64,000 nt of DNA from assembly GCF_902459465.1 (NCBI RefSeq), contig NC_047068.1:14756001-14820000 (forward strand). Direction: 5' to 3'. Both the position numbers and the translations under genes were made by a program. Shown piece by piece: positions 46,223 through 60,936 of this stretch (positions within the stretch are counted from its first letter, which is position 1; every line of letters starts with the position of its first letter). Below the pieces are notes generated by a model that made no database searches, had not been told where the DNA came from, and saw only the letters and a list, made by a program, of their open reading frames with translations. Source of the stretch: Asterias rubens. Lineage: Eukaryota.

Positions 46223-46580
46223 TTAAAGGGTATGGGTACTTTTTGTAACACAAAACACAATGTCCACAGATTTGCATTAAACTTAAACCGTTTGAAGGTA
46301 AAGATAGGAGAAAGCGTACCTTAAAATATTAGTTGCTGAGGTGCTGTAGTTTTTGAGAAATGAGTAAAACAATGTTATGAAAATACGTTTTTACATGCTA
46401 AAATAATTTTCGTCTCATGATCACTGAGACGAAAATTATTTTCATGACATTGTTTTACTCATTTCTCAAAAAGTACAGCACCTCAGCAAGTAATATTTTC
46501 AGGGATGCTGAAAGTATAAGTTTAGTGTAAATCTGTGGACATTGTGTTTTTTGTCCTACAAAAGTACATAGACCCTTTGA
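46223..46580. mobile_element. MITE family D, whole-length foldback
   Basis: TTAA-AGGGTATGGGTACTTTTTG ... AAAGTACATAGACCCT-TTGA; centre CGTCTCATGATCACTGAGACG. Confidence 0.9.
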
Positions 46581-46591
46581 GGAGAACACAG

Positions 46592-46734
46592 GGGTCGATT
46601 TCACAAAGATAGTCCTAACTTAGGACTAGTCCTAGGACTCTTTAGGGGTTAGGGGTTATTAAGAACCTAAGGCTAGTCCTAACTCGTCCTAACTCGAGAT
46701 AAGACTAGTCTCAACTCTTTGTGAAAGCCACCCC
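46592..46734. mobile_element. Harbinger-type MITE with family G-like TIR and a different (TAGGACTAGTCCTA-rich) interior
   Basis: GGGTCGATTTCACAAAG ... CTTTGTGAAAGCCACCC. Confidence 0.7.
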
Positions 46735-47639
46735 TAAAGGATTGCCACATGCAAATACTTGAGAGATGAAAATGGGAACTTGTAAACATGTATTTCTTTT
46801 TGTGTGTGTGAAGGGGGGTATTTTTTAGCTCCTGTTAAGGTGTCTCTTAGAGGGGCACTACAGACCTTTATCATGGTAAGGCCATCTTGATTTTCTTCCA
46901 GTGGTTCAACACCTAATCATGTAAGGAATTTAAATAAACCACTGTGTCTCCCTCCATGGTGCTACATGCATAACGCATACCAATAGCTGTGTGCTCAAAA
47001 TTGATGTGTGATCGTCCATAAATATGGCCAACATAACACTGTCCGATGTCAATTGGGAACTGTGTTTTTTTAAATTATATACACGTATTCACTTTTATTT
47101 GCAAAAGTATTACCCAAGTACTATTTATTACTTTCAGCTGCTGGTGTGAAATGTGCAGCCCGTAATAAAAATACTTGTATTCAGATTTCTGCCTCTTAAA
47201 AGTTTCTTAAGTTATAGAATAGTGCTGAAAGGTTGTGAGTTTTTTACAGTGGATGGTTGGGTTTGTTGTGACTGCTATTTTTCATTTAATTTTTAATTTT
47301 TGTTACTCCGAATTAAATTTTACAATTTGTTAATTATTTTGTGAACACCATGTTACTATCTCTATTGTTGTGTTGGCAACTGATGATGACATGTAAACAA
47401 GAACAAAGATACTTGAATAAGTCCAAAGATTTATTAATGTTTAATTCCACCATGTTAAGAAGAAGTCATACAATTTTCTCTTATGATGTGTAGATCTTAT
47501 TTTGAAAGTTGTTAATAGTTTGCTTTGTTCAACCTTGCCGGTTTTGCATCAATATTTTTGTATACATATTTTTGTTAATAATTTCTTTACAACTTTTCCT
47601 TTGCGAAAGAAAAAGGGGAAGCAGAATCAGAATACCCAT

Positions 47640-48330
47640 GAGTACAGGGTACACTACAGGGTACTATTACCTAAACGTTTGAAACAATCAAACAATTACG
47701 GAAAATGTTACTTAGCAGAGTTTAGGTTACCAATAAGTAATGGCCACAGGATACTATTCTGAAATGTAGGTCAAAAGTTGCTTAGCACAAGTACCAATAA
47801 GTATTGGCCACAGGATACTATTCTGAAATGTAGGTCAAAAGTTGCTTAGCACAAGAAAATGTTGCTTAGCAGAAACAGGTTATCAATGAGTACAGGCTAC
47901 AGGGTACTATTCTGAAATGTAGGTCAAAAGTTGCTTAGCACAAGAAAATGTTGCTTAGCAGAAACAGGTTATCAATAAGTAATGGCCGTAGGGTACTATT
48001 CTGAAATGTAGGTCAAAAGTTGCTTAGCACAAGAAAATGTTGCTTAGCAGGTTGCGAAACAGGTTATCAATAAGTAATGGCCATAGTCTACTATTCTGCA
48101 ATGTAGGTCAAAAGTTGCTTAGCACAAGAAAATGTTGCTTAGAAGAGTTAGGTTACCAATGAGTATGGGCTACAGAGTACTATTCCAAAAATAAAATATT
48201 AAATGACAAAAAATTGCTACTACAAGAAAATGTTGAGCAGAGTCGGGTTACCAATGAGTACAGGCTAGCAATATTACCTAAATGGTAAATGGTCAGCAAA
48301 TGCTAAGCACTTGAAAATATTGCTTAGCAG
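47640..48330. repeat. ~89-bp tandem repeat, about 7 copies
   Basis: TACTATTC recurs at 47752, 47816, 47905, 47994, 48089 and 48178. Confidence 0.9.
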
Positions 48331-51300
48331 TGACAGGTTTTCAACCAAGAATACTGATAATGTCTATCGTTTGTGACTCTGGTTCTCTGCAGCTCCTATA
48401 ATATATATATATATATATTTTTTTTTTAAATACATTTTCCTAACAGATGAAAGAAGTGTTAACAATACTTTCTGCCCAGAATCTCTATGAAATTTAAACT
48501 TTGTTTTAGTTTTATATGAAGGGTATGTTTCTGTACTATCACTTAATTGTAAACGGTCAAAAACTTGTGTTTGATTAACCTGCTGTGTTTATTTATATTA
48601 ATTTATTTTAACGCACATTTACATCCATCCCAAACAAGGATAAAAAGCCACTCGTGGTATGGGGCTGCAATTATGCATAGAGATGCAAGCTTCTTAAGTT
48701 CATACTTTCTTTTTCTTTAAAAACACACTTTCTTTTAGATACAATATTTTTTTCATTGAAATAAAATAATGTGAAATCTAACAAGAATCAGTTGAATTGA
48801 CTTTGACTTTAATGAAAGCACACTGTGAAAAAAAAGTGTCCACCCATTATGTCTGGATTTATTCAAGCGCCTTCTCAAAACTCACTTGTTAAAGTCTATA
48901 TAATTTTGTTTGTTTTTCTTTTGTGACTTTGTACAGCGCATTGTGTATTGCGCTTTATAAGAACGGTTTATGATTATTATGTAAATCAGCATAGTTTTTG
49001 AGGAAAAGGTAATTTCTAAAATGGTTTGACAACTCACAAATGGAAACCAGTTTTGTCTTTACGGACCATCCTTGCTGTAGAAACCTGCATAAATGTAGGT
49101 AGTTCAAACCCATGGGTGAAGAGAAGTTATTAACTTTCATTTGGTTTCTTTCAAGAGTATGACTCAAACATTTGAAACCCGAATTTTACAGTAGAAAAAA
49201 ACAACATCTTGATTCTTTCAGGACAAGATGTTTCATTTTGGAGAACAATTTTTTGAAGGGGAGGACTTCTAGCTAGTCTAGTGGTTTCCACCAACTTTCT
49301 GTAAACAAAACAAAAGTAATTGGTAGACAGGTTCTTTGAGGTCCTGGCGTGGGTTTATTGTGGTTTTCGCCTAGTCACTGTTCCTTAAAGCATGGGCTGT
49401 AGAAAGTCACTACCGTTTATCGATCGATGACAGCTGAAATTTGACTCTCTGGTCTTTTGACATCGTTTTATCATTCTTCGGCATAATCTTTGGCCCTCTG
49501 GCCAACACCCTGCTGGTGCATTGGTGTTGCTGTTCCCATGGTAAGTACAGTATGGTAACTTCAGTGACAAATTGATAGTTTTCTTTTTTGGTTTTTAACT
49601 GATCAACTCTTCTTATTTTGTAACTTGTGCCTCGCTGTCTTATTCCTCCATGATTATACATAACATGGAGGTAAGAGACATCCATGGCTTAACAATCATT
49701 CAGTACAAAGAAATACAACATTACCCAACTGAGACTGAGAGTGTCTACGTGGTAAAGGAGATGCCTTCCCTCCTCTCAGAATCAACCGATGTGATGCAAT
49801 TGTGTACGCTGTCGGATCCCCCAAAATGCAAACTATACAAAGTAGGCTGCGACAGTGGCAATTGTTGTACAGAAAGAAAAAAAAATAGGCCTGCTACAGA
49901 GATAGCAGTAAAAAGAGGAGGGTCCATGTGACCGCACCCATTGCAACTTTGACCCGGCCATTGGAGTTTTAGTATATATTTTTTTATTTAGAAAAATTAT
50001 AAGTTGGTTAAAATAAGTACAGAGCCCCAGTTAGCAGTTACTTGGTTTGCAAAGTGTAATAAACTTTGCACTTTGTAATTTGACCGGTACTTCTTGGAGT
50101 TTAAATCAAATTATAAATTATTTGTTTCATATTTCAATACTCTGATGAAAACATGACATTGGACTTAGATTTGAGCAAGAAAAATATAGTTTTCTGAATC
50201 TTTTTGCAACTTATTGCTGTTGGTTTAAATAAAATTAAAATGCCATTTTTACAGAGGGTTGCTTGTTGGGTCATTAATTTAATTTTTTTCTTGGAAAGAG
50301 CAAAAAACATCCAACTGCCAACCTACTATTTTTGACTTTTTCTCCAATTGAATGACCGATTGATTGAAAAAAAAAAATTTGCTTAAAAAATAACATATTT
50401 GCCTCTGTACATCATCAGCAGATCGCAGTTTAAAAGTTGTAGACAAATTTGTAACAGGAAATTCTGAGGTAGATTTTTGTTCAAAAATTCCTGGAATATT
50501 TAACACATAGTTTGAACTGGGACGGTGTGAATGATTAATAAGAAAAATTACTATATTTTAAATTTATTATGTCCTGAAACTGAACAAATTGGTATATATA
50601 GCCACTTACTTTTAAAATGTTTAAATTTATTAAATGAACCTTTTTTGAAGACCCCCAAAACTCATTTGAGATTTTTCAATAGAATATTAATTTCATAAAT
50701 TGCATTAAAAAAGTAAAATAATTAAAATAACAATGAATTTAAGAAATAAAAAGAGTCTCATAATCACAAGACAGAAGAGAACAGAAAATACTTGAACTGG
50801 TATGATATTCTTTCTACTCCACTGATTATGTTATGATGGTTTGGAAAAATCAGCAGAAATTGTAATAAAAAGACTGAAGCTGCTGACAAAATTATCTCAG
50901 CCCTTGTTCTTAAAAATAACCTTTTTCTAAGGGACAAATATCATGCCTGTTAAAAAGACCATAATAAAACCAACCCTACAACCACATTAAAACTACTATA
51001 AAATTTCATTTCAAAACCAAATCATGATCCCCAAGAAAAAAACTAAATCATATACCAAAATCAGTAGTTTTTACAAATCAAAAATTTTGAAACAAGATAA
51101 TTGAGAATTCAGTTTTGGAGCTATATTGTAAACAAATGCCCCCGTTACTTTGAACTCTCTCATAACTTTGAAGTACTTTCGGTTGACATCTTTATGACGT
51201 GTTTGCTCACAAAGCCGTGACAACTAATAACAAAACAAAAAACCTTCAGATTTTGAAACGCTGCTCCTACGTCATGGCCTTTGTCCTTGTTTGTATACGG

Positions 51301-52150
51301 ATCTACAACAATTATGATATGTGTGGGCCAACCTCTGTCAACCACCAAGCAGGGGCGAAGTGACATGTTCCCCTTAAGTTTTATTGGTGCCCTGTAGTTC
51401 ATGTGCATCCAACTGTAACATCTCAACAAACGACACACTATTATACAGCCATGACATGAGCAAACTTTTATGTGTGCCTTGACTTAAGTGCTGGATCTAT
51501 TGTGATAGCAGTATATGCGTGAACTTGAGTCTAGCCAGGTTTATTTGCTGAAAAGGTGTGGATATCATTAACGCTTGTGATTACTAAGGCAGAGTTGTTT
51601 AAACATTCAGACGTATTAGTATACACTAGAGTAGAAGCAGGGGTGTGGCTGTGTCGGTTTAAACAGGATTTGTTGGAAGGTAAGCTAATTTTTATATGAC
51701 AAACTGAAAGAAATTTCAAAATATGACAAACTGAAAGAAGTTTCAAAATTTGGTTATAAAATCAGTGTGAAGCAAAACGCTTATTGTTGGATGATCATGA
51801 CTACTCTGTTCAATTACACTGGAACTTTTTCAATCTTGGTTCACAAAGTTCACCCAAAAACAAGAATTTATGCAACAATTGTGTCTAGTATAGTGTCTTT
51901 TTCACTTTACTCGCGCTCATTGTTTACACATTGTTATAAAAGCCAGCATTGAAAGATTTTGTGTTTCTGTCCCCTAAAAATGTGTGAAAATGTCTTCTTT
52001 TTCAGTTTCGCATTTAACATTGGTTAATTGATTTTTTCTTTAACTTCTGTAACCCCTTGCTTCAGGTAAAAACAGACGAACAATAAGGGAATTGAGTCAA
52101 GACCCTGCAGACGGAATTACTGAGTTAGTTCACAATTGAATGATTTTAAA

Positions 52151-55100
52151 ATGGAGCAGATGACATCTGCAGTAACTGCCTTGTTGGTGTTGGTTCTTAT
52201 TTGTATTGAGCCAGTTGCTGCTCAAGCCAGTGGTAAGTACTTTAATTAAAAAGGGACAGAAAACAGTGAGGAGTAAAAAATTTATGTAAATATTCATTTA
52301 ATTGACCATTCTTGATCATATACAATACGGAGTAAGAAGCTAAAAAATTTGCGCTGCTAGTCTATGACTGAGGGACTCCATAAACCAGGGTCTTGGGTAC
52401 TTAATGCAATCAAGATGTGTGGCTTCTAAGGTCACAAGGGTCAGAGTTTAGCAATCAGTCTTATAATAATTTATGGTCTTGGTGTTTCTCATTCCTATAG
52501 GTGGTATATCCGGTGTAGCGATTGGTCTTATCGTGGCTGGAGTGGTTGCTGTTGTTGTCATCGTTGTGTGTATTATTATTGGCTGCATGATCTACAAGAG
52601 GAAACAGTAAGTCAAGACGATTCTTTATAGACCTTTATCAAGCTGCCACCATCTTGGGCATGTACCCTGTATCCAATAAGAGTACTGAAGGCTAATTTAC
52701 ATTAAACAAAAAGGGACCAGGCTGTTCTCCTTCCAGCCTCATCAGTTTGATTACATTTATTTTAATGGGGAGAAAATCAAGATGGCTGCATTTTTTAGTT
52801 TTTCACAGCTCGCTATAAAACTTGAAAACACAGTAGGCCTACCCAAAGTCTTGCTGTGCCTGCTGGAACTTTCCTTTTGTCCTTTTCTTTAATTTTGGCT
52901 AACTGCAGTTGTCTTGCCTTTATGTTTATAGCTTACAAACTTCTAACTTTACTGGACATTGTGTATGAATGCTTTGAATACTAATAGAAAAATATCAAAC
53001 TGCTCAATTGGACACAGGACACATTTTCATTGAGCTGTTCAAGCAGCAGAAAGTGCTTAACAAATTTCCGCTTTCTTTAGCAAAAGTAAGCATAAAACCA
53101 ACCACAACTGGTACATTTGACAAAGTAGTATTTTGGCCAGTAACATTATTATGATCAGCAAAATTTGTTTGTGCTCCACGTTACTTTTGTGCTTAAGCAA
53201 CTCTTTATGAAACTGGGTCCTGTAGTGTTTTTTACAGTGTGCCACTTGAACTTTAGAATTGTACGGCAAGTCAAAATAAATTTACACAATTACCTTATCT
53301 GAAATCTAGTTTTACTGCGATTGTTCCTTAAAAAATGTGCACACACAAAACTTGAGTTTAGTACTCTTATCTTAGCCGATACAACACAATACTATACATC
53401 CTTATTATTTGTTCAATTTTGACTAACCCAGGGTTTTACTTCAAAAACCTTCACCAAAAGATTTTGATTGTATTTATATTTTTAGTATTTCAAATATTTC
53501 ATTTTGTTGTGTTAAGTTTTCTTTTGTTTTTTTCTGGACTGTAAACTATAAAAAAAAAATTACTGTGTCAAAATTACACAACTTCATGCTGAAACAACAG
53601 TTGGAAAACTCAAAGTAAAAACAGTCTACCAACTAAAGATTATTTAATTTATACATTAGGGTCAACTTGTTATCTGCCCATTTATTTATTAATTACCAAA
53701 TATAAATTGTGATCATCGTTATGAAAATTGTCTCTCTCATTTTCCTTGATCACAGTCTTGGTCGTCTAGAATTAGAACATCCTGAATTTGAACGTACGGG
53801 GGAGCCCTACTACAAGGCGTCAGTAACTAATGAAACCATAATCCCTAGTGCTACTCAGGCCCGATATGACACAACAGATTCCAATGCCTCATTGGATAGG
53901 ACGGCAACTGCGGATTCAGGTACTTTAAATGAACATCTTGTCCAAAATATGTGAAGAGCTATACCCGTAGTGAGGTGTTGTCCCTTTTTCTCTTGAAATT
54001 TCGACATATTCGTTCGTATCTATATAGTGTCCCTCACAACGCAGTCAGCAATTTGCTATGATTTTCACCACACCAAGGCACAAACATACCCCCAAAATGA
54101 CAAAAAGACCCAACTAAATAGCCTAACACCGCATACTGGCAACTCAATATGTATAAGATGCAACATTAGACATGTGCCCCAGACCAGACCAGTCAACACC
54201 GGGCCAATTTGGAATACAGTACCCCAGCAGTTACCGAGTCTAGTAATGAGCCATTTTTGCAATAAAAATCATACTTTATTTTCTCCTCTGAAGAACGTTT
54301 ATATTTAAGTTGTAAATATTAGTTATTAGGGAAAAGTTTCCGTATGGCGCCACCACTTTTTCATTCGATATTAAATGATATAATATCTAATTTACCTCAA
54401 TGAGATATCCCTTTTTGTTAAAATGAGTGAACAAGTGATGGCGCCATACGGAAAGTTATCTGTTATTTAGGCCTACCTGCATTTTACTGAAGAGTCTCTG
54501 TGGAGCAAAGTGCGGCCTAAGCTTCTTGGCAGGGTTGAATCTTCTCTTGAGGTTTGCCGTGTTGTTTGTGTTTGTAATTACAAGAGTTATAGAAAAGCCA
54601 TGTAGTTTTACAGCTGACTATTGCCAATGCTGTAGTAGGTAGTGTGTACTGTCCACCACAATGCAGAAGAATAAGTCACCAGTGATGTAGAATCGCTCAA
54701 GTGTGGAAGGCTACACAATAGAAGACTGGTCAGTCCACACTGGGATGTATTCAAGGAAATTTTTATTCAATTCAATTTTATATTTTATTTTTATTAGGCA
54801 TGCTCAAAAGTACATGAAGTTCCTTTTCCTTGTGTGAAAAAGATAAAATTTACCACTCTAATTAACAATTAAAAATGTTAATAAAAATAAAAATAAATTA
54901 ATTCTTGTATATTTAATTGACCCAAAAATTTAGATTTCAATTTTAAATAGTTAGTTTTTTAGAAATTAAAATTACAAACTTTTTATTTATGGTACTACAC
55001 ACAATAAACAATGGTTGTAGTGTAAGTAATTAAATCTAAAAATCAGTTACTGGTAGTGTCAGGATGCCAATTTTATTTCACATCCATCTTAATAATTGTA

Positions 55101-57223
55101 TGATGTAATTTGTTCATTGTATCTGTCAAAATTCAGTCAGAGAAAAAAAACTTTCAAAAAACAAAAACAAATAATTGCTGATAATTGATTGGGCCATGCA
55201 ACCTTGAGGGTAAATTCTGGGGGAAAGTGCCATCCTACTAGTGTGCTGAATTTAATCAAGTAGCTGATCACAAAAACATCAGAATAAAGGTTACCAGCCA
55301 AAATACCAGATCACACGTACCGTTTTATAGTTTTGCTGAAAGATTTTAAGCAGAATGTTAAGCAGAATTTTATGCCTGTGCAGATCTATAAAGGTGGGCC
55401 CTCTTGACTTCTCTTCCTCCAAGCACAGAGGGAGCTGAAGCTCAAAAAGTAGCTAAGCACAATTTTGCTTACCAGAATAACAGCAAAGATACTGACTTTG
55501 ATGGAATTCCTGCTTAGTTTTTAGCAGAAAGTTTTTAAGCGGAATGTTAAGCGGAATTTTATGACGTTGGGCCCAGCACTTCACTTTTGTCTTCTCTTTT
55601 TCCAAGCACAGATGGAGACGCAGTATCAGTTGATGATGGTATGTCGTCAAGGACTGAGAGAAGAGAGAAGTTTGAACTGGAGTTGATGGAGTTACAACCT
55701 TATGCCAGCACCTTCAACGAAATGTCCAAAGATGTACAAGAACGAATCAAGAATGCCAAGCATGGCAACCCCAGGGTGAATGGATACAAGTAAGTCTCTA
55801 GTTAGATCAGTGTCGTCTTTTTGTTTAGTTACAATGTATACTTTGCGTGGTTATTTTCCCCAATCAACAGTTTTTAATTTCTTGTATTGTTGACAAGGAT
55901 GCAACTTAAAAAACCTAGGTATTTCATTATTATACTCTAAAATTGTTTTCAGTCAATTATCAGTAGCTTTTAAAGGCACTGCATGTCCAAAGACTAGTAA
56001 AATTTGAAGTCAAATACTCGCTTAAAGTTATAAATTGAAATTCACTCTAATCTAAACTAGTGACAACTGCAGATGATTTTGTCCCTAGTTTCAATCAAAA
56101 AGAGTGAATTTCAATATTGATCAATAAATGGAATAGTCAAGTTAATCTTGCACAAACATTTTCTCTGAGAAACCCATGTTATACAATCCCTTTAAAAAGA
56201 GCTTTCCTCTTTTAATCTTTCCCTAGGGCTGTATCCAGAGATCTGAGTCGGGTACAGCATTTACTGAGTAAGAGGAATTCCTCTGGGTTTAAGATTCCTC
56301 CAGATGGGGCCGAGCTCTTATCATGGGCCTTGGAGACCAGAACAAAATATGTGGAACTACAACGGGTAAGTGTCTCGGTCTTCTCCAGCAGATAGTCAGA
56401 GAACACTGACCAAAACATCGAGCAGATCAAGCCGGCTCTTTTCAGAGCCACCACTACTCACAAAAGAGATTTTGACATGGTGTCATCGCAAATCTTAAAT
56501 ACTTGGTGCGTCAGTACATCTTGAATCCTGTCTCCCTTGGAATTCATCCCTCTAGCTTGTGCCGAGTTTGATGGATTCAAATCAAAACAGAGACTATCAA
56601 ACAAGAAACTCTGTTCTGGAAAGGGGTAGGCTAAGAGGCATCATTATGTATGTCTGAATCTCTTCTTAAATGCACAGCAGAGAAAAGATATGGAGGCAAC
56701 CGTTTTTTGTCTTGCCATTTAGTATCATCCAGTTATCATTATTTAATGATTGATACAATGCCAGCCTGCATCTGGGCCCTAATTATATGGCACCATGCTC
56801 TAGGTGGCTATGTGCCTCATGACTCCCAGCCAAGGCCATAATTATGTGAGAAGAGTTCATTAGTTCTCTCTTGTGCCACTAGGGTTTTTCTCCGGGCTCT
56901 CAAGTTTTTCTCCCTCCGTTAAAAACAAACACTTTTGATCTCAGGCTGTGCTCCTTTGTTATATATGGGTCGCTGTGCCTGGCCAATCAATGTGTACTCT
57001 ACTGTGATGCTTGTTTTTAGTGCTGTTGCTTTTTATTGGATATTTTTGTACTGAAGTTTTTCACTTAGAAAGCTTTTATTTTTTCTCTTTGCAGTACAAG
57101 TCGCTTAAAGACAGCGGTGATTCTTCCGAGCCTCCAGAGATGGCTTCCATCATGTGGATCCAATCTAAAGATGATTCTCTCTTTGAGGATAAGTCATCTT
57201 TCGATGAGAGCGCCGTCATATGA
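52151..57223 (+). CDS. Uncharacterised single-pass type I membrane protein, 265 aa (signal peptide, almost no ectodomain, long cytoplasmic tail)
   Basis: Coding exons 52151-52232, 52501-52606, 53756-53919, 55612-55789, 56227-56365, 57095-57223 (798 nt). All five introns are GT/AG and phases (1,2,1,2,0) chain without a stop. Probable non-coding exon ending at 49540 splices to 52066. Confidence 0.85.
54327..54465. mobile_element. Short TIR element
   Basis: TTCCGTATGGCGCCACCAC ... GTGATGGCGCCATACGGAA. Confidence 0.75.
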
Positions 57224-59501
57224 TCGAGGTATCTAATTGTGCCTTAGTAGACTAAGATGCCGTCATATGCATCAATTTCCCCCGTCTCACGCAACTATTG
57301 CGACTGCAAACTAAGTTTTTTTAAACGGGTCCAAACAATTTCTTGTCACCCTATGAAGAAAAAGTGTCACCAAAGAAAAAGTTGTGTGTCAAAGACAGTG
57401 AAATGAATCTTTACCTTGGTATAATCATCCACTTTTCCTCCCTGATGAGGTGGTCCCACAGAGATGCAACTTTCCCCATTACAAATGGGAAAAAAATCAA
57501 ATTTCAAAATCAAAATTGTTATCTCCTCCAAAAAACACATGTAGTTGTATTACAGAAAGTTTATCTCCACCAAATCACCGACAAATGGGTCCCCTGCCTA
57601 CCGCCCCCCCCCCCCCCATCCCCCAGATGAAAGACCATCCCCTGTGGCCCCTGTCCCCAACCCGCTCACTGAACAAAAACCCTGGCTATACTGCTGTCCC
57701 TTACTAATCAATGTAATGTGATTTTACTGTTTGTTTCCGTTTGTAAATTTAATGCACATTATTTGAAAGTCTGTGCTCTTCTAAAAATTCTAAATTCTGA
57801 TGTATTTTTTGGGAGTTTTTGCATGCAATTTTAGCTCAAATGCTAGACACTAGAGTCATGGCAATTTAGATTATAAAATACTACTTTAATGAGCTTGTTA
57901 CTGTCTGGCCATTTTGATATAAATTTTTACTGTTGTGAAACAAAATGATTGAATGAGATACTGCTTGAGCGCTTATCTCAATAATTTATTCTTAAATATT
58001 AGTGTTTTCTTTAACCAAGAGCATAAGATCTAGACAAATATTGAACCTGTGCGATCTAGCCAATTTGAAATTATTTTTACAGCAGAGCAACACAATAATT
58101 GAACAAGATACTGCTAAAGTGCTATATAATATATATTAAAACAGGTCATTCTTGGACATTTCTGTAAGAAAATAACATCTAGGTAAAATTTCAGGTTACC
58201 TTTAGTGATTCTAAGACTTTTAAAACACAGGACACTGCAGAAGAAAAGACATTTACTTTGCAAAGTTCACACATGTTTCTTGGGGATCGAATGAAGACAA
58301 TGTTGTGAAGAATGACCCCTGTGCTACTTAAGTGGTCTTGTACTATGCGCACTGCAGTTGGTTCAGTGGAGTTGGTTGCCTCAAAGTTTTCTGTACTAAG
58401 GCCATTAAATGCAGTATTCCATGGCAAGCAACAATTAACACATTAAAATTGAATTCAGAACTTGTCGCTCTCAACCAAGCACGGTTCAAGATTTTGCACA
58501 GATTTGCCAGACAGCCAAAAGACTTTTTTTCTTCATACTATTAATTTATTAGTTTTACAATTCGATGGACACTTTGCATTTCAATCTGAAGACCAGTCAG
58601 ATGAATTTTAAGATAAATTTAGATAAAGATTTTTAATTTACAGAGTACTTTGTATTGATTATTACATGTGTAAATAACGTAGTACTTAACTTCTTAAAGA
58701 TAAATACATTAAGCTTTTTATAGTAAAATGTTAGTAAATTAATTCGGTGAACTGAAATGTTTATAAATTCCATTTATACTTTGTACTATAAGAAAAGACC
58801 AAACCCCTGATCCAAACCAGGCATTTGGCTAGTTTTTGCTGGGTATGGAGTGGGGGCCTTGTTGGGCGATCTCTAACCTAATTCAGATATTTACCAGTGA
58901 CAGTAGCAGTTGTACAACAAAACGTCTACCAAAGTGCTGGCCAGCTTTTGTTACTAAACTTGTCACTCTTAATTAGTCATGCAAGTCAAAGTAGGTCTAT
59001 ACTACGATATATTTGAAATAATGTCCAGTAAATGCATGTAAATACCAAACACAAAACGAATGAAAGTTGAAAATCAACATATCAGACTTTCAATTTTAAA
59101 TGTAACTCTTAAATAGTACAAACTGCAGCTTTGCAAAAGGTGCTATGGTTTTACATGAACAAAATTAGTACACATTTTTCTTAGTAGTTTCATGTACTAT
59201 TATATCATAAATCTTGGCAATCACACACAAAAAATCATTCTATTTCACCATGTTTAAAAAGAGCGGTCTTGATATAAAAGGAGCAATAAATTGCACAGAA
59301 AGTATACCATGCACTTCGTTTCCAGAAGAAATTGAAATATGGACCCAATTTTTAAAGATAATTAAAGCTGCAATAATTATTTATCTTTCAGCATTTTGAG
59401 TCTAGCGGCAATATAAACGTAGTTAAAGTTCGCTAATAATTAGATAATAAAAATGTGTTTATTAGTTTTTCGTCCCATTCTATGCAGTATACAGGAATTG
59501 C

Positions 59502-59882
59502 TTAAAGACACTGGACACTATTGGTATTTGTCAAAGACCAGTCTTCTCACTTGGTGTATCTGAACATATGCATAAAATAACACTACCTGTGAACATTTGA
59601 GCTCAATTGGTCGTCGAAGTTGCGAGATAATTAAAACAAAATTAAAAACCTTGTCACACGAAGTTGAGTGCTTTCAGAAACTTGATTTCGAGACCTCAAA
59701 TTCTAAATCTAAGATCTCAAAATTTAATTTGTGGAAAACTACTTCTTTCTCGAAAACTATGTCACTTCAGAGGGAGCCGTTTCTCACAAGGTGTTATACT
59801 ATCTTCCCATTACTCATTACAACGTAAGGTTTTATGTTAATAACTATTTTGAGTAATTAACAATAGTGTCCACTGCCTTTAA
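59502..59882. mobile_element. MITE family A copy
   Basis: TTAA-AGACACTGGACACTATTGGTA ... CAATAGTGTCCACTGCCT-TTAA; both TTAA intact. Confidence 0.93.
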
Positions 59883-60936
59883 GTTACCAAATATCACATT
59901 TTTATACGGGCAAAAATGTTAGTAACATTTTAGGTGCTTTACTAAATGAGTTGTTTTTAAATTAGGCGGCTGAGTATTTTGCTTATATTAATATTAAAGT
60001 TATGAAATAGTTACTTGAGGGAAACAAAGAATATAATTTTGGTTTTATCACACATTGTTGCCAAGATCAAAACCAAAATAATATTCTGTATTAATATTGT
60101 TATAATCAGCACATTTTTATTGAGCCTTTATTTCGAGTAGGTTTTATTACACAAGTGTTTATATTGCTGTGATTGTGAACGTTTATGGATTTTCATTTTT
60201 GATGATCCGTTGTCAGTTTTCTGTGTGCCAAATAAACGAAATAATAAAACAAGTGGAAATTAAAAGATGCATCTGTGTTTAATAAATCTCTCTGCTTTGT
60301 ATAGTTTGGTCAGGAAAAAAACTGTTAAGCTTCTAGCAGAGAAACAAAATTGTTGTTTGATGAGGAAAGAGACATATCATGTTGTGTCAAGCACTTTTAA
60401 AAACTAAATATTAAACAAGAAAAATATAACTTTTTAGAAATCTTTTAGGATGAGGCAGGTAATCTGTGTTAGATATCTTGAAATTAGAAAACCTCAAGAG
60501 CCTCCTCTTATGACCACTTATCTGATATTTTGACATATGCAAATTTTGATTGATCAGAGTGACATCTACATTTTTAAGAAGTTGGGAAGGGGAGTTCCGG
60601 AGCCGACTAAAAATATCACAGTAAAGGTAAATGAGTGCATAATGAATACATGTACTTGGTTAGAACCCAATCAGAATTTTCCCATAACATAAAACCATGT
60701 TCATCGCTGGGCTAAAAAAAGGCACAGAGTTTCATGAAAAAGCCCCCAAGCGCCTAGCCCTATTTAGGACTCTTCCTCTGTAGTATACTACGAAAGGCTG
60801 CCAGGGCCACCAAGCACCTAGAATTCAAAACAGCACTGTGACGTCACACTACGCACTCAATTCAAACAAGACAATGTGCTTTTATAACAAGTTTTACTTT
60901 TTGTTGGCTAATTACTTTATACATGTAGTTGGCCAA

